A stretch of DNA of 64,000 bases from Octopus sinensis (lineage: Eukaryota), in contig NC_043001.1 in assembly GCF_006345805.1 (NCBI RefSeq), forward strand, positions 66,526,001 through 66,590,000. Reading direction: 5' to 3'. The notes under the pieces are model-generated. The model searched no databases. It worked only from the letters and a program-made list of their open reading frames with translations, and was not told the origin of the DNA. Every line of letters starts with the position of its first letter. Within the stretch, counting starts at the first letter, position 1. Positions 51,460-64,000 of this stretch are shown here, in pieces. The translations under genes and the position numbers were made by a program.

Positions 51460-52500
51460 CCCTTTCGTTACTATATTTCTGACCAAAATACACCCCTTAT
51501 GTGTTTCAATTAATTTCTAACATAATCATAAATTTAGTCTGGTTTCATTAAACTACTATAACTTTTTTATTTATCAATATATTAATGTGATTTTTTGAAG
51601 ATAATTTAATGAAATGTTCTCAACCAATTCTATACTATAATTTTTGTCACAAAGTGACTCTAATTGCAGGTAGATACAGGTAAATTCAACAAAATATAAA
51701 ATTATTAAAATTTTGTTCAAACATCGCTATAGAAAATGGGTTATTAGCTAATATTCAATTGGGTATACAACAAAATTTTACGATAGAATTTGTTATTCTG
51801 GGTAACTTTCTGATACCCATAATAATATTTATGGCAAAATAGTCTTAATTTCATTTAAGGTTGTGGGAAACCACTAACTATCCTTTCTTTCACTTTGTTT
51901 ACATTTAGCGTAACGGTTCGTTTCTGCCGTAATGATTTCAAATAGGCTCATTCAAAAAAGTAAAAAGAAATAGTCTAAGGCTTTACTCTCCTGGGAAAGT
52001 CTGTGGCTTGGTCCAGTTTCTTCAGAAAAATCACCGAAAGAAACAGTTTTTAAATTTTCACTTCATTCAGGTGTCAATTCATTTTCTTTATCGCTGTCGG
52101 AGCTCTCGGATTCACTGTTTTCACTTTCGGAAAATGAAACATCAGATTCATTATCAAATACCACGTGCTTTTTTTTTTCAGTCATAGAGTTAGATTTATC
52201 AAGGTCTTCAGTAGAAAATCCTTTGAATTCTGACTCGCTGCTTGATATAATGAAATTCGTATCCATTTTTTGTCAGAATTACAAATTTTGAAAACACAAT
52301 AGGAACAAATTTCGGAAAAAATCTCCCAAAATTCACGGAATTAAAATTACACTTCGATCGTTATACAAAACTGTAGATGAACTGTTTACGAAGTATAATC
52401 AGTGTTTCCATGAATGTACTAAAGAGATTTGCTCTGATATTCTCATTTAAATATGAATAGGTAAATACGGGCGGGTTTGGGCGGTTTGGTAACGAAAGGG
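51460..52500 (-). mobile_element. Internally deleted piggyBac element
   Basis: TTAA TSDs at 51456-51459 and 52501-52504, 12-bp TIR ccctttcgttac/gtaacgaaaggg. Minus ORF 52063-52266 is an acidic S/D/E-rich N-terminus like those of piggyBac transposases. Confidence 0.88.
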
Positions 52501-53059
52501 TTAAACACTTTGTCATTATAATGTTGTAAGTAAGGCAAGTAAGAGTGGATAACCCCAGCACTCTTCATGTGAAAAGTTTCTTATTAGTCTGGTTGAGTGG
52601 TTGACTCACTATCAGTAATATTTCTCACAGGTGAAAGTAAAGTCAGGTTTGAAAGATTACAAAACATAACTTGTCAATTTTGCAGTACTGTTTCTCTTTG
52701 CAAAATAAAGAGATTTATAATATTCTGTAATACAAATTTACAAGTAAATAGACTGATCCATGTAACTTAGCCTAAGACAATACAGTGTTGGTGACTGCGT
52801 AATACTTAATTGACTGATCCCTACCCTAACCCACCAGCCAATAATGTTCTCCACATATTCACATAGGTAAACATATATGCCTTATATGCACATGAATAAA
52901 CATGCATATACACACAGATATGCTCAGTACCTTTGCATAAACATACATGCACTCGTATATACACATGGTTGAATATATACACACACGCGCACACACACAG
53001 ATATATACACATCTGCACATGGATATATTGCTGAGAAATTTGAAAAATATAACCACACA

Positions 53060-53200
53060 CACATAATAGAGGCACAGTTCTGTGGTAAGAAGTTTGCTTT
53101 CCAACCACATTGTTCTGGACTCTACTGAAGCCTCAGCATGACCAAAGCCTTGTGAGTGGATTTGGCAGGAAGAAACTGAAAGAAGTCTGTCATGTCTGTA
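53060..53200 (+). mobile_element. Degenerate SINE head
   Basis: tgtggtaagaagtttgctttccaaccac..gaccaaagccttgtgagtggatttgg. A similar minus-strand copy lies at about 35640-35810. Confidence 0.7.
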
Positions 53201-53815
53201 TGTGTATTTTGGGGTCAACCATAGATACTATAGGAATGTTCCATTTGATGTGTGAAGAATGGCAGTGTGTTGTTTTTTGTAATATATATCTGTTGTTGCT
53301 GTGGAGTTGCATATTTTTATGTGAATGCCTAAGAGCGGTAAGTCATGACTGGTTTCTGTCATGAATTTGATAGATGGTTAAATAGTGTTCAGAATGTTAT
53401 TGAATATTTGTAGATCATCATTTGATTTCTTCCCCAAAATAAAGCAGTCATCGAGGAAGTGTTTCCACTCTTCAGTGACAATTTTCTCGAAAATTGTCCC
53501 AAAGTTTTCTTCACTTTATTTCATTAAAATATTTATGGTACAAAGAATAAATTTGACATGACACATGGTATGTATGTCTACAAATGCATGCATATGCACA
53601 TACATACAATTTATTATTTGTACTATTAATATTATGTATATATGTATTTATGAGTGTATTTTTCTATGTATTTATGTTTGAATTTATATATGTATGTACA
53701 CCAGCATGAAACCTGGTATTAAATGATGATGATGATATGACATGAGAGGTATGTGAAGTGGAAATACAAACCATAGATAGACATATTAGTTGTATTTCCA
53801 TCCTTGACTACTGTA

Positions 53816-54142
53816 TTCTGCTATTAAGAACATAAAGGCAGTTTGGAATGCAGTTTGTATTTTTTCCTAGCCCCACCCCCCATAATTACTGAGAAAATCG
53901 ATTAAAACTTTCTAATGAAATTCCCCCAGGCTATGTACAAATTCGTTCTTCACAACTCCCGAAGCTGTTTTCTGCTTAGGTGGTGGGGGAGTCATGAAAT
54001 TTTCATAAAGCTGGAGGCTCCAATCGAAACAGGGGACCCGAAATGATAAGGTTGAGAAACACTGTTATAGATTAGGCCTAACCGAAAACGATCACTGCCA
54101 CATCATCCAAACAGACCAGGTGAAACCGGGCTTAGCTGCTAG
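53816..54142 (+). mobile_element. Short non-autonomous Helitron
   Basis: 3' hairpin ccaggtgaaaccggg and CTAG (54139-54142)|T. The 5' end (..cataaaggcag) resembles that of the 41170 element and is approximate. Confidence 0.65.
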
Positions 54143-54169
<27 letters not shown>

Positions 54170-54174
<5 letters not shown>

Positions 54175-54550
54175 TTTGCAATACTAACTTCAGGAAACCT
54201 GCCAGTCACCTACCGTTCTGGCAGACACACTAGCCAAATTGACTACATCCTCCCAGAGAAAGTGAAAGATGGCTGCTTATAAATGACAGAGATTTAGAGA
54301 TGTATTACATAAAGTCTTTGATGAAATAGAAGGGGATATAGCTTCACATGAGGTTTTTATGGGACAACCTGCTGAGGGCTACTGACCAGATCTGTGGATG
54401 GTGCAAAGTCCCCTCCTGACCCAAAATAACATGGTGGTGAAACAATGTTGTTGACAGAAAAGAAACAGGCTTGGAAGGACTGGTAGAATGGTGGTAGCAG
54501 GGAATTGTATCAGACTGCCAGAAGGTAAGCTAGGAGACAAGTTTATTTAA
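54170..54550 (+). mobile_element. RTE LINE fragment (APE end and linker, internally deleted)
   Basis: CNTNFRKPASH..YRSGRHTSQIDYIL; KQAWKDW.NGGSRELYQTARR.ARRQVYL. Confidence 0.8.
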
Positions 54551-55479
54551 TCTACATAGTATGATTAGGGGGTCTTTTTCCTATATTTTACATTCACTTG
54601 TTAGCTAGGCTACTGACCCATATTACATTATATTTTCTTATATTGATTTTAAGTTGTTTTTTATGTACTCTTCAACCCTTTCTAATATTCCTTTACATAG
54701 CCCATATGTATACACTATATGCTACTAATTTTAAATAACGTACTTAGTTTATATTAGGGCTTCCATTGAAATTACAGGGTCTGACTTAGCATTACTTATG
54801 TCAAATAACAACACTGGATATCCCCACTAAATATAACTCCTTTGGCCAACACTGCTGGTCAATTAGCCACTGTCCCCACTTTCCACCATAAACATTGAAT
54901 GAAGGAATCTACTGACATGTGGAAATATACAAGTCACTAAAATGTAAGACTATTGCTTTAACAAACTCCTGTTTTCTTTTCTTTTACTTTTTTTCCTTCT
55001 CTTTGTCTTTGCCTTTCCTTTCTATATAATCATTCTGAAGATGTTTATTAAATGTAACGAGGTAAATGTAAATTCACCCCATTTTAATAAGCAGAAACAG
55101 CTGTAAACAGTCTCCTAATTAAATTAAATAATGACTTTTAAACACCAATGATCCACTTCTCATTGTTAATTATTGCTCCATTTCTTATCGTCTCTCTATA
55201 TATTAAACCACGTTTTTACCTTTAAATTACCTACTACTGTATACCATATAACGAGGTCTATACATACTGAGGTAATATACCATGAGTGCCTATGGATACA
55301 TCTATCCCTTAGATGGTTGCATAACCTCTGACTTCTATCTAACTTGACATTACACACTCACACACACACATGTTTATATATATATATATATACATACACA
55401 TATATACACACATATATATATATATACATAGATATACATACACATACACATACATACATACATAATTGAAACCATATAA

Positions 55480-55710
55480 AAATGAAAGTATTAATAGATG
55501 TTATTGTTTCACTTTTGACACATAATACAGAAACAGTCTGATAAGAGGCTGCACTGGGCTCACATTTGGCAAAAAGTTGAAATTTATTTGGCCCATGATA
55601 CTGTATGGGCCCTAAGTAAGGCATGTGTAAAATTTGAATGAAATCTATTGGGTTGTTCTCAAGTTTTAATGATGCACACACACACACACACTCAGCTTTA
55701 TATATGCATA
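55480..55710 (-). mobile_element. Helitron 5' fragment, same family as 49880-51394
   Basis: Minus strand tatataaagctgag(tg)n..taaaacttgagaac..aattttacacatgccttacttagg. Confidence 0.7.
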
Positions 55711-56814
55711 GATTATCAACAGATGCAAGCTTCAATGGGTTAACTAAAGCCTGTAAGGCAATATTTTCTCACAGTACTTATTAAAACATGGCCTAATTTT
55801 GATTAGCTATTATTTTAGCATTTATTACTCCCACTCTGTTTACATTTCTGCTGCTGCTAACTGTGCCATCTCTCCAGTCATGCTGTTTAGGAAGTTAGTT
55901 GTCTTTCATTTACTTTCAAATATATTCTGTGTCATCAGTATCTTAAATAGAGTGCATGATTTAACTGAAGATTTTTTATGCGAATATTGTTGAAGTAGAA
56001 TTTCCATTTTAAGCCCTAATTATTATTTTAGTGAGTGTACAAGGTCTTTTTTTCATCCTGTATAGTATTACTTCTCTATCTTGCAGTCAATTCAGGACTG
56101 GCTAGAAAGGGGTCGTGTCAAAAATAAGGTAAAAGACCAAATAGTGTTCTACTTTAACCACCATCCTGGAAATACCATTTGATATACAGATATCTTTAAA
56201 TTCAAGGCCACATATCTATATAGGGATTGTGTATGTAGGGATCTATATAGGGATGCTTTGAGTTGTTTCCCTGATTTATATTTGTCAGACTTGTGAATCT
56301 AACCAATACCATCCCATGACACTTTTAGTATATTTGAGTTGTCTGCTGTGAGATGGTAGGGTGTGATTTGAAGGAAATTTGGCTGCTGTTTTTAGTGGAT
56401 TGACTGACTTCACAGAGGTTCAATTATGGGCTTAAGTGGCTGCGGTGAGGCTACCTCAGAAGCTAAATACATCATTAGAGTAAGTGAAGGAGTTTCAGCT
56501 GGAGTTGAAACTAGAACTGGCTGCTACTTTAAGTTTTGTGTAACATAGCACTATCATTTTCTAGCCATATCCATACTTAATGATAATGATTTCTAATTCA
56601 GGCAGAAGGCCAGTAACTTCCAGGGGCTGGGTTAGTTGATACCATCAACCTCAGTAGTTGACTGGTACTATGGAATGATAAAAAGTAAATTTGATCTCAA
56701 CATGAATTGAACTTGGTGGTTCTTAAAGAGCTGGAACAACTACTATAAGGCAATTTTGTCCAATACTCTAACAATTCTGTCAATTCAATGCCTTTGTTCA
56801 TACCTAATAATAAT

Positions 56815-56914
56815 GACTGCTTACTGTATTTTAAAATTTATTGAAATGTCATTTAGTAAATAGAGACTGCTTACTGTATTTTAAAATTTATTGAAATGTC
56901 ATTTAGTAAATAGA
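56815..56914. repeat. Exact 50-bp tandem duplication
   Basis: gactgcttactgtattttaaaatttattgaaatgtcatttagtaaataga at 56815-56864 and 56865-56914. Confidence 0.95.
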
Positions 56915-59104
56915 GAATGTCTTAAGAATTTTTTTTTATTTTCGTTTTTCTTAATTTCCTATTCTTTGGTCATTCTGAAATTGATTTTATTGAAGCATCA
57001 TAACAGGTTCTTCTATTAATTTGATTTCTTTTTGTCTTTTTTATTTATTTCTTATCCGTAAGTCAATCTTCTGTCTCTTAATTCCTTTGATATTAATCTA
57101 CTTAGAGCTGCTTCTGAGTCTATATAAGACTTCTTGTTTTAAAACAGTCATATCTTAATTAAGACTTATAATTTTAAGTAAAACTCTTGCTATGCTATAT
57201 GTTATGCACCAGCTAAAAGAGAGATAATTTAGTTAAAGAAAAATAAAATAATAATAATGGCAGTTCATCATTCTTGCAGACACATAACTAATTAATGGTA
57301 TAATTAGTGGAGGATATATAGATAACAAGAAGCTGCTATACAATAAGAGTTTAAGTATGTTACACATCTTACCAGCTGACTTTAATGATAATTATATGAA
57401 ATAATTATAGACAACCTACCTCACTATCTCTCTTTTATCAAATCTCTTTAGATTCTTGATTATTTCCAATACTAATTGAAATGTACATGTAAAGTTAGTT
57501 ATAAATTTAGCACTGAAAGGGTTAATAATTGTAGTCTGTCATTAGGTTGCATCTATTTTCTTAAGTGAAAATATGCCTGTTTTAGAATAGTTTTGTTTTG
57601 TTTCATCATCAGCATCATCATCATCATCACATGTGCGTGCGCACACATACACACACACACTCTCTCTCTCTCTCTGTCACATATATACACATTCTCTCTC
57701 TCTCCCTCCCACACATTCATATTTTAAGTGTTTGTGGAGAATCAGTAGAGCACCACACAAAACTCCTTATTGCGTTTGGTTGCATTCCTTTGTGTTCAAA
57801 TCCAACCCTAATCAGTCATATCTTTTCTTCTTCTAGGGTGATAAAATAAGAATAGGAAAAAACATTGGGGTTAATATATAATCAACTATACTCTGAAAGT
57901 GGTGCCCCAGCATGGCCATGTACAGTCTAATAGCTGAAACCAGTGAAATATTGTTGATGATAATTTCTCACTACCTTATTTGATATCAGACTGACTTTCC
58001 ATAAACCACCATTGGACCAATTATATGTGCACTTTAGTAAATAAGTTAGTCTTTAATCAATTTACCTAGTCTTTAACCACATCACTAATTTGATCAGATG
58101 TTCATAGTGTTTAACTACATCTGTACAGTGAAGGCTACTTTGAGCCTGTTTAATTTGATCAGATCTTCATAGTTAATTGTTAATCATATCAGGTCACCTT
58201 CAGCTAGCTAATAATATAACTATTTAATTTGACCAGATCTTCTCATAGTTTAGTTATAAATGCTAATGGGTTAAATTAGACTTTTGAAGTTACATTTTAA
58301 TTACACAATTATCTCAGTTGAATTACTTTTTAAAATTATTCATTAATCAAATCACTTTTCAGAACAGTTAATTTAAGCAGTTAATTGAGCAGCAAGAGGG
58401 CCTACACTTCAATAGATTCAGTAGATTTATTTTAACACACTGTACACAATGTCTTAACTGTGAGTGTGTGAATATTCCTGAACCAAAAGTGAATATGTTG
58501 GCACTTATCTTGTTGGCTAGATCTTTCTATCAGTTCAAGATAATAGCATTGATAATATGTAAATTTTAGCTTCTGTATTCCTTTTATCTTCTCATCTATC
58601 ACTCAGAGAATTTATACTTAGAGATTTTTTCACAGTAGAAGTTGCATGCTTCCTATAACTCTCTCTCTCTAACTTTTTTCTTAACTAAACTATCTTTCTC
58701 ATATGAATCAATATAAGAACCTTTCATATTGTTGAGCATTGGACATAATGTGCCATGCTGTGACACATTAATCCTTGGTCTTTGGGTACCTTTGGTCATA
58801 GTGTAAGCTGAATTCAAACCAGTTCTTATAACAATAATAATGATAACCAATTACCTCCCCTTATTTTGCTACTTGTGAAGTCATTCACTCGTAAATATCA
58901 TCACACACAACATGGACAACATTTCTTCTTAAGAATAAATACATATTCAAATAAGTAAAACATAATATCATGAATAGCGATAGCGAAACCAGTCGATATA
59001 TTAAAAATTATATTAAAACTATGTAAGTGTGCATATTTTCCTTTTTTAATTTCTTATATACAACTCAACACGTGGGGATAATCGAAATTCCTCTTTTCTG
59101 TTAC

Positions 59105-60184
<1,080 letters not shown>

Positions 60185-60185
<1 letters not shown>

Positions 60186-60400
60186 TCATCATCATCATCA
60201 TCATTTAACGTCCGCTTTCCATGATTTGACTGAGGTCTGGCGAACCAGACTCCAATCTGATCTGGCAGAGATTCTACAGCTGGATGCCCTTCCTAACGCC
60301 AACTACTCCGACTGTGTAGTGGGTGCTTTTACGTGCCACTGGCACTGGCAACGGCCACACCCAAATGGTGCTTTTTACGTGCCATCTGCACAGGAGCCAT
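60185..60400 (-). mobile_element. RTE 3' tail copy with (GAT)n, internally deleted
   Basis: (cat)n-ttaacgtccgctttccatg..tgcttttacgtgccac. Confidence 0.8.
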
Positions 60401-60432
60401 ATATGTTTATATGTATATATATATATATATAT

Positions 60433-60824
60433 ATGATTTGATTTGATTTGATTTTGATTTTCCAGTTTCAGCTTATGAGCTGTGGCCATGCTGGGGCACC
60501 GCCATTTGGTGTTGCTACTTGGTTTCACTTCATGAAGGCTTTCTAGCAACTGCTATTTAGTGCATGAGAGAGTTCGATGCAGCTGCCCTCATCTGCCCCT
60601 CCTGCCGTGAAGTTGGTTCATCTGGGACACCTGACAGGAAGAGATCCAGCTTCATTTAAAGACTCTGTATCCACCCCATGCAGGTCTCTCAGGTCTTCGG
60701 GAGGATATTGAAGAGCTGTGGGCCTCGGAAGCCCAGGCTATCAAGAATCTTGTCCTACATCTTGATGGCAAGTTTGGAGTCCTAGGCACCATGCAGTGGC
60801 GCCCAGTTCTGGCATTTGCGTAAT
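60433..60824 (-). mobile_element. CR1/L2-group LINE 3' end
   Basis: Reverse complement aligns with 63175-63545. (AAATC)n tail. Confidence 0.8.
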
Positions 60825-60853
60825 CTATATATATATATAATATAAATATATTA

Positions 60854-60892
<39 letters not shown>

Positions 60893-60916
60893 ATTATATG
60901 TTATATATATTGTATA

Positions 60917-60965
<49 letters not shown>

Positions 60966-61581
60966 GTATATATATATATGTATATATATATGTATATATA
61001 TATGTATATATATATATATGTATATATATGTATATTATATATATGTAATTATATATATATATATATGTATTATATATATTATATGTATGTATATATATAT
61101 ATATATGTATGTATATATATAATATATATTATAATATGTATGTATATATATATATAATATATATGTATGTATATAATATATATATATATGTATGTATGTA
61201 TATATATATATATAATTGTTATATATATATATATGTATGTATATATATATTATATATATATATATGTATGTATGTATATATATATATATAGATAGCTGTA
61301 TATATATATATGTATATATTAGATGTTATATATATGTATATATATATGTATATGTATGTATATATTGTATATATATGTATATGTATGTATATATTATATA
61401 TATAGGTATATATTATATGTATATGTATGTATATATATATATATATATGTAGTATATATTATGTATATATGTATATATATATTATGTTATATGTATGTAT
61501 ATATGTATATATGTATATATATAGGTATATATATAGTGATATATAGATGTATATATATATGTATATATATATGTAGATATG

Positions 61582-61612
<31 letters not shown>

Positions 61613-61670
61613 GTATTTTAATAAATGTATATAATATTATATATGTTAATAGATATATATATGTTATATG

Positions 61671-61704
<34 letters not shown>

Positions 61705-62262
61705 GATGTATTATTATATATATATGTATATATATATGTAATATGTATATATATATTTATATATATATAATATGTATATATATGTTATATAGATATAGAT
61801 ATTATTTATATATGTATATATATATTTAGAATATATATATATAGTATATGTATATATATATGTATATATATATATAGATTATATTATATAATATATGTTT
61901 ATATGTATATATATATATGTATATATATATATATAATATTAATATATGTATATATATATGTATATATATATATATATATGTATATATATTGTATGTATAT
62001 ATGTATATATATATGTATATATATTATATATATATGTATATATATATGTATATATATGTATATATAATATATAATATATGTATATATATATGTATGTATA
62101 TATGTATAATATATGTCTATATATATATATATAATCTGTATATATATGTAATAATATATATATATATGTATATATATATTATATATATCTATAATATATA
62201 ATTATATATATATGTAATATATATATTATATATATATATAGATATGTATAATATATGTATAT

Positions 62263-62299
<37 letters not shown>

Positions 62300-62500
62300 G
62301 TATATATATATATGTAGATATATAATATCTATTATATGTATATATATCTATATGTATATATATATATATATATAATTATATATATGTATATATATATATA
62401 TGTATATATCTATATATGTATATATATTATATATATATGTTTATATAATATATATGTATATAGTTATATAATATATGTATATATATATATATATGTATAA
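60825..62500. repeat. Degenerate AT-rich low-complexity tract
   Basis: (TA)n/(TATG)n mosaic. Confidence 0.95.
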
Positions 62501-62634
62501 GCCCCCTCTTTCAATACGCTATTTCACCATGCATTACCCCCCTCTCTCGGTATCCTACGTTCTACTTGCCTAGTACCTGTCCTCTGAACCATCCCTCCAC
62601 TGGTGCTCCCCTATATTTCTGCCCCCCCCCCATA

Positions 62635-62862
62635 AAAAGCACCATCCGAACGTGGCCGATGCCAGACCCCTCTGGCACCTGTGCAGGTGGCACGTAAAAA
62701 ACCCCACTACACTCGCGGGAGTGGTTGGCGTTAGGAAGGGCTCCAGCTGTAGAAACCGCCAGACTAGACTGGAGCCTGGGGCAGTCCCGAGCTCCCCAGA
62801 CCCCGTTCGTCGAAACCGTCCACAACCCGTGCTAGCGCGGAAAACGGACGTTAAATGATGAT
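62635..62862 (+). mobile_element. RTE 3' tail copy with (GAT)n
   Basis: aaaagcaccatccgaacgtggcc...gctagcgcggaaaacggacgttaaatgatgat, running into the gap. Confidence 0.85.
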
Positions 62863-62962
62863 NNNNNNNNNNNNNNNNNNNNNNNNNNNNNNNNNNNNNN
62901 NNNNNNNNNNNNNNNNNNNNNNNNNNNNNNNNNNNNNNNNNNNNNNNNNNNNNNNNNNNNNN
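62863..62962. other. Assembly gap (100 N)
   Basis: Directly visible. A round 100 N usually means a gap of unknown size. Confidence 1.
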
Positions 62963-63565
62963 TATGGTCACCACCAGTGTCAAATTAATCACAGAACTTG
63001 AGGCGATCCAATGAAGCTACATGAAGAAGATAGCTTCTGTGCAGCATATAAGCTATTGGGAAAGACTCAAGAGATTAGACTCTATTCCTTAGAGGTGGGG
63101 TGAGAAAGATATGCCATAATATACATCTGGAAGATCCTGGAATGACTTGTCCCAAACTTTGGCATCGAGAGTGAGTTACACAAATCCTAGAACTGGCGCC
63201 ACGCCACGCATAGTGCCAAAGACTCCAAATTTGCCATCAAGATGTAGGACAAGATACTGTAATAGCCTGGGCTTCCGAGGTCCACAGCTCTTCAATATCC
63301 TCCAATAGGACCTGAGAGACCTGCATGGGGTGGATGCAGATGTCTTTAAAATAAAGCCGGACCTCTTTCTGTCAGGTGTCCCAGATGAACCAACTTCACG
63401 GCAGGAGGTGCAGATGAGGGCGGCTGCATCAAACTCTCTCATGCACCAAATGTCAATTGCTAGAAAGCATTCGTGAAGTAAAATCATGTAGCAACACCGA
63501 ATGGCGGTGCCCCAGTATGACCACAGCTCGTGAGCTGAAACTAGATAAAATGAAAAAAAAAAAAT
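62963..63565 (+). mobile_element. CR1/L2-group LINE 3' end
   Basis: LITELEAIQ.SY.KKIASVQH.SYWERLKRL.LYSLE..ERYAIIYIWKIL..LVPNFG..NSLGFRGPQLFNIL..DEPT. Tail ggcggtgccccagtatgaccacagctcgtgagctgaaac then an A-rich end. Confidence 0.85.
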
Positions 63566-64000
63566 GTATACACTTACATACAATCTGCTTCATTCATGTT
63601 TGATCAATGCATTGAAAAGTCGCCATTAAAACGATCATAATGATAATATTACTACATAGACATTCATATATTTGTATGTACATGTGTGTGTAGAAGAAAA
63701 ATGTATTTATACTTTATAATTATGTGCAAGCAGCATGAAATGTAGATGTGCCCAAACTGTTATTGTATATTTTCCTGTCATTATCTATATTTCCTCCTAA
63801 TTATGGTCTTAATTAGTTATGTGTCTGTGGGAAGGTTATATTACCAGATTGGCAGGATTGTTAAAGTGGCAGACAAAATGCCTTGTGGTATTTGTATTAC
63901 TTCATTATACTCTGAGTTCAAATCTTTCTGAAGTTGATGAAAGAAAGTGTCAGTTAAGTACTAGAGCCAGTTTAATTGATCCTTCTCCTGAATTTTGATG

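Noticed and set aside
58653-58850. Minus-strand 65-aa ORF in unique sequence
   Set aside because: It is short, has no recognisable motif and has weak splice signals.

Overview
AT-rich, repeat-dominated eukaryotic DNA with one 100-N gap (62863-62962). The repeat content (tRNA-derived SINEs, (GAT)n-tailed RTE LINE ends, very long (TA)n/(CA)n tracts) looks like an octopod cephalopod genome; this is pattern recognition, not a database result. No intact, nameable host gene is visible. Most of the window is decayed transposable elements: Helitrons (one decayed RepHel copy and several non-autonomous copies), three mariners, a Tc1/maT-like fragment, an internally deleted piggyBac, a Merlin-like MITE with telomeric hexamers in its TIRs, a decayed Sola3-like DDE transposase, Gypsy gag, RTE, R4/Dong, Tx1/L1, CR1/L2 and Penelope-like retroelements. 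Splice-site evidence suggests divergent first exons around 26.7-27.3 kb, so much of the window may be intron. Best observations: (1) a minimal type I hammerhead ribozyme with a variant core and palindromic stem III next to a Penelope-like element (36009-36056, minus); (2) an about 850-codon decayed Sola3-like transposase (43.6-46.1 kb); (3) nested inverted repeats at 46.2-48.7 kb that share a module with a nearby Helitron; (4) a SINE/CR1-LINE shared 3' tail whose stem-loop shows compensatory changes; (5) a foldback array and tandemly reiterated Helitron 5' ends. Most ORFs in the supplied track are microsatellite artefacts. Coordinates of degenerate elements are approximate.
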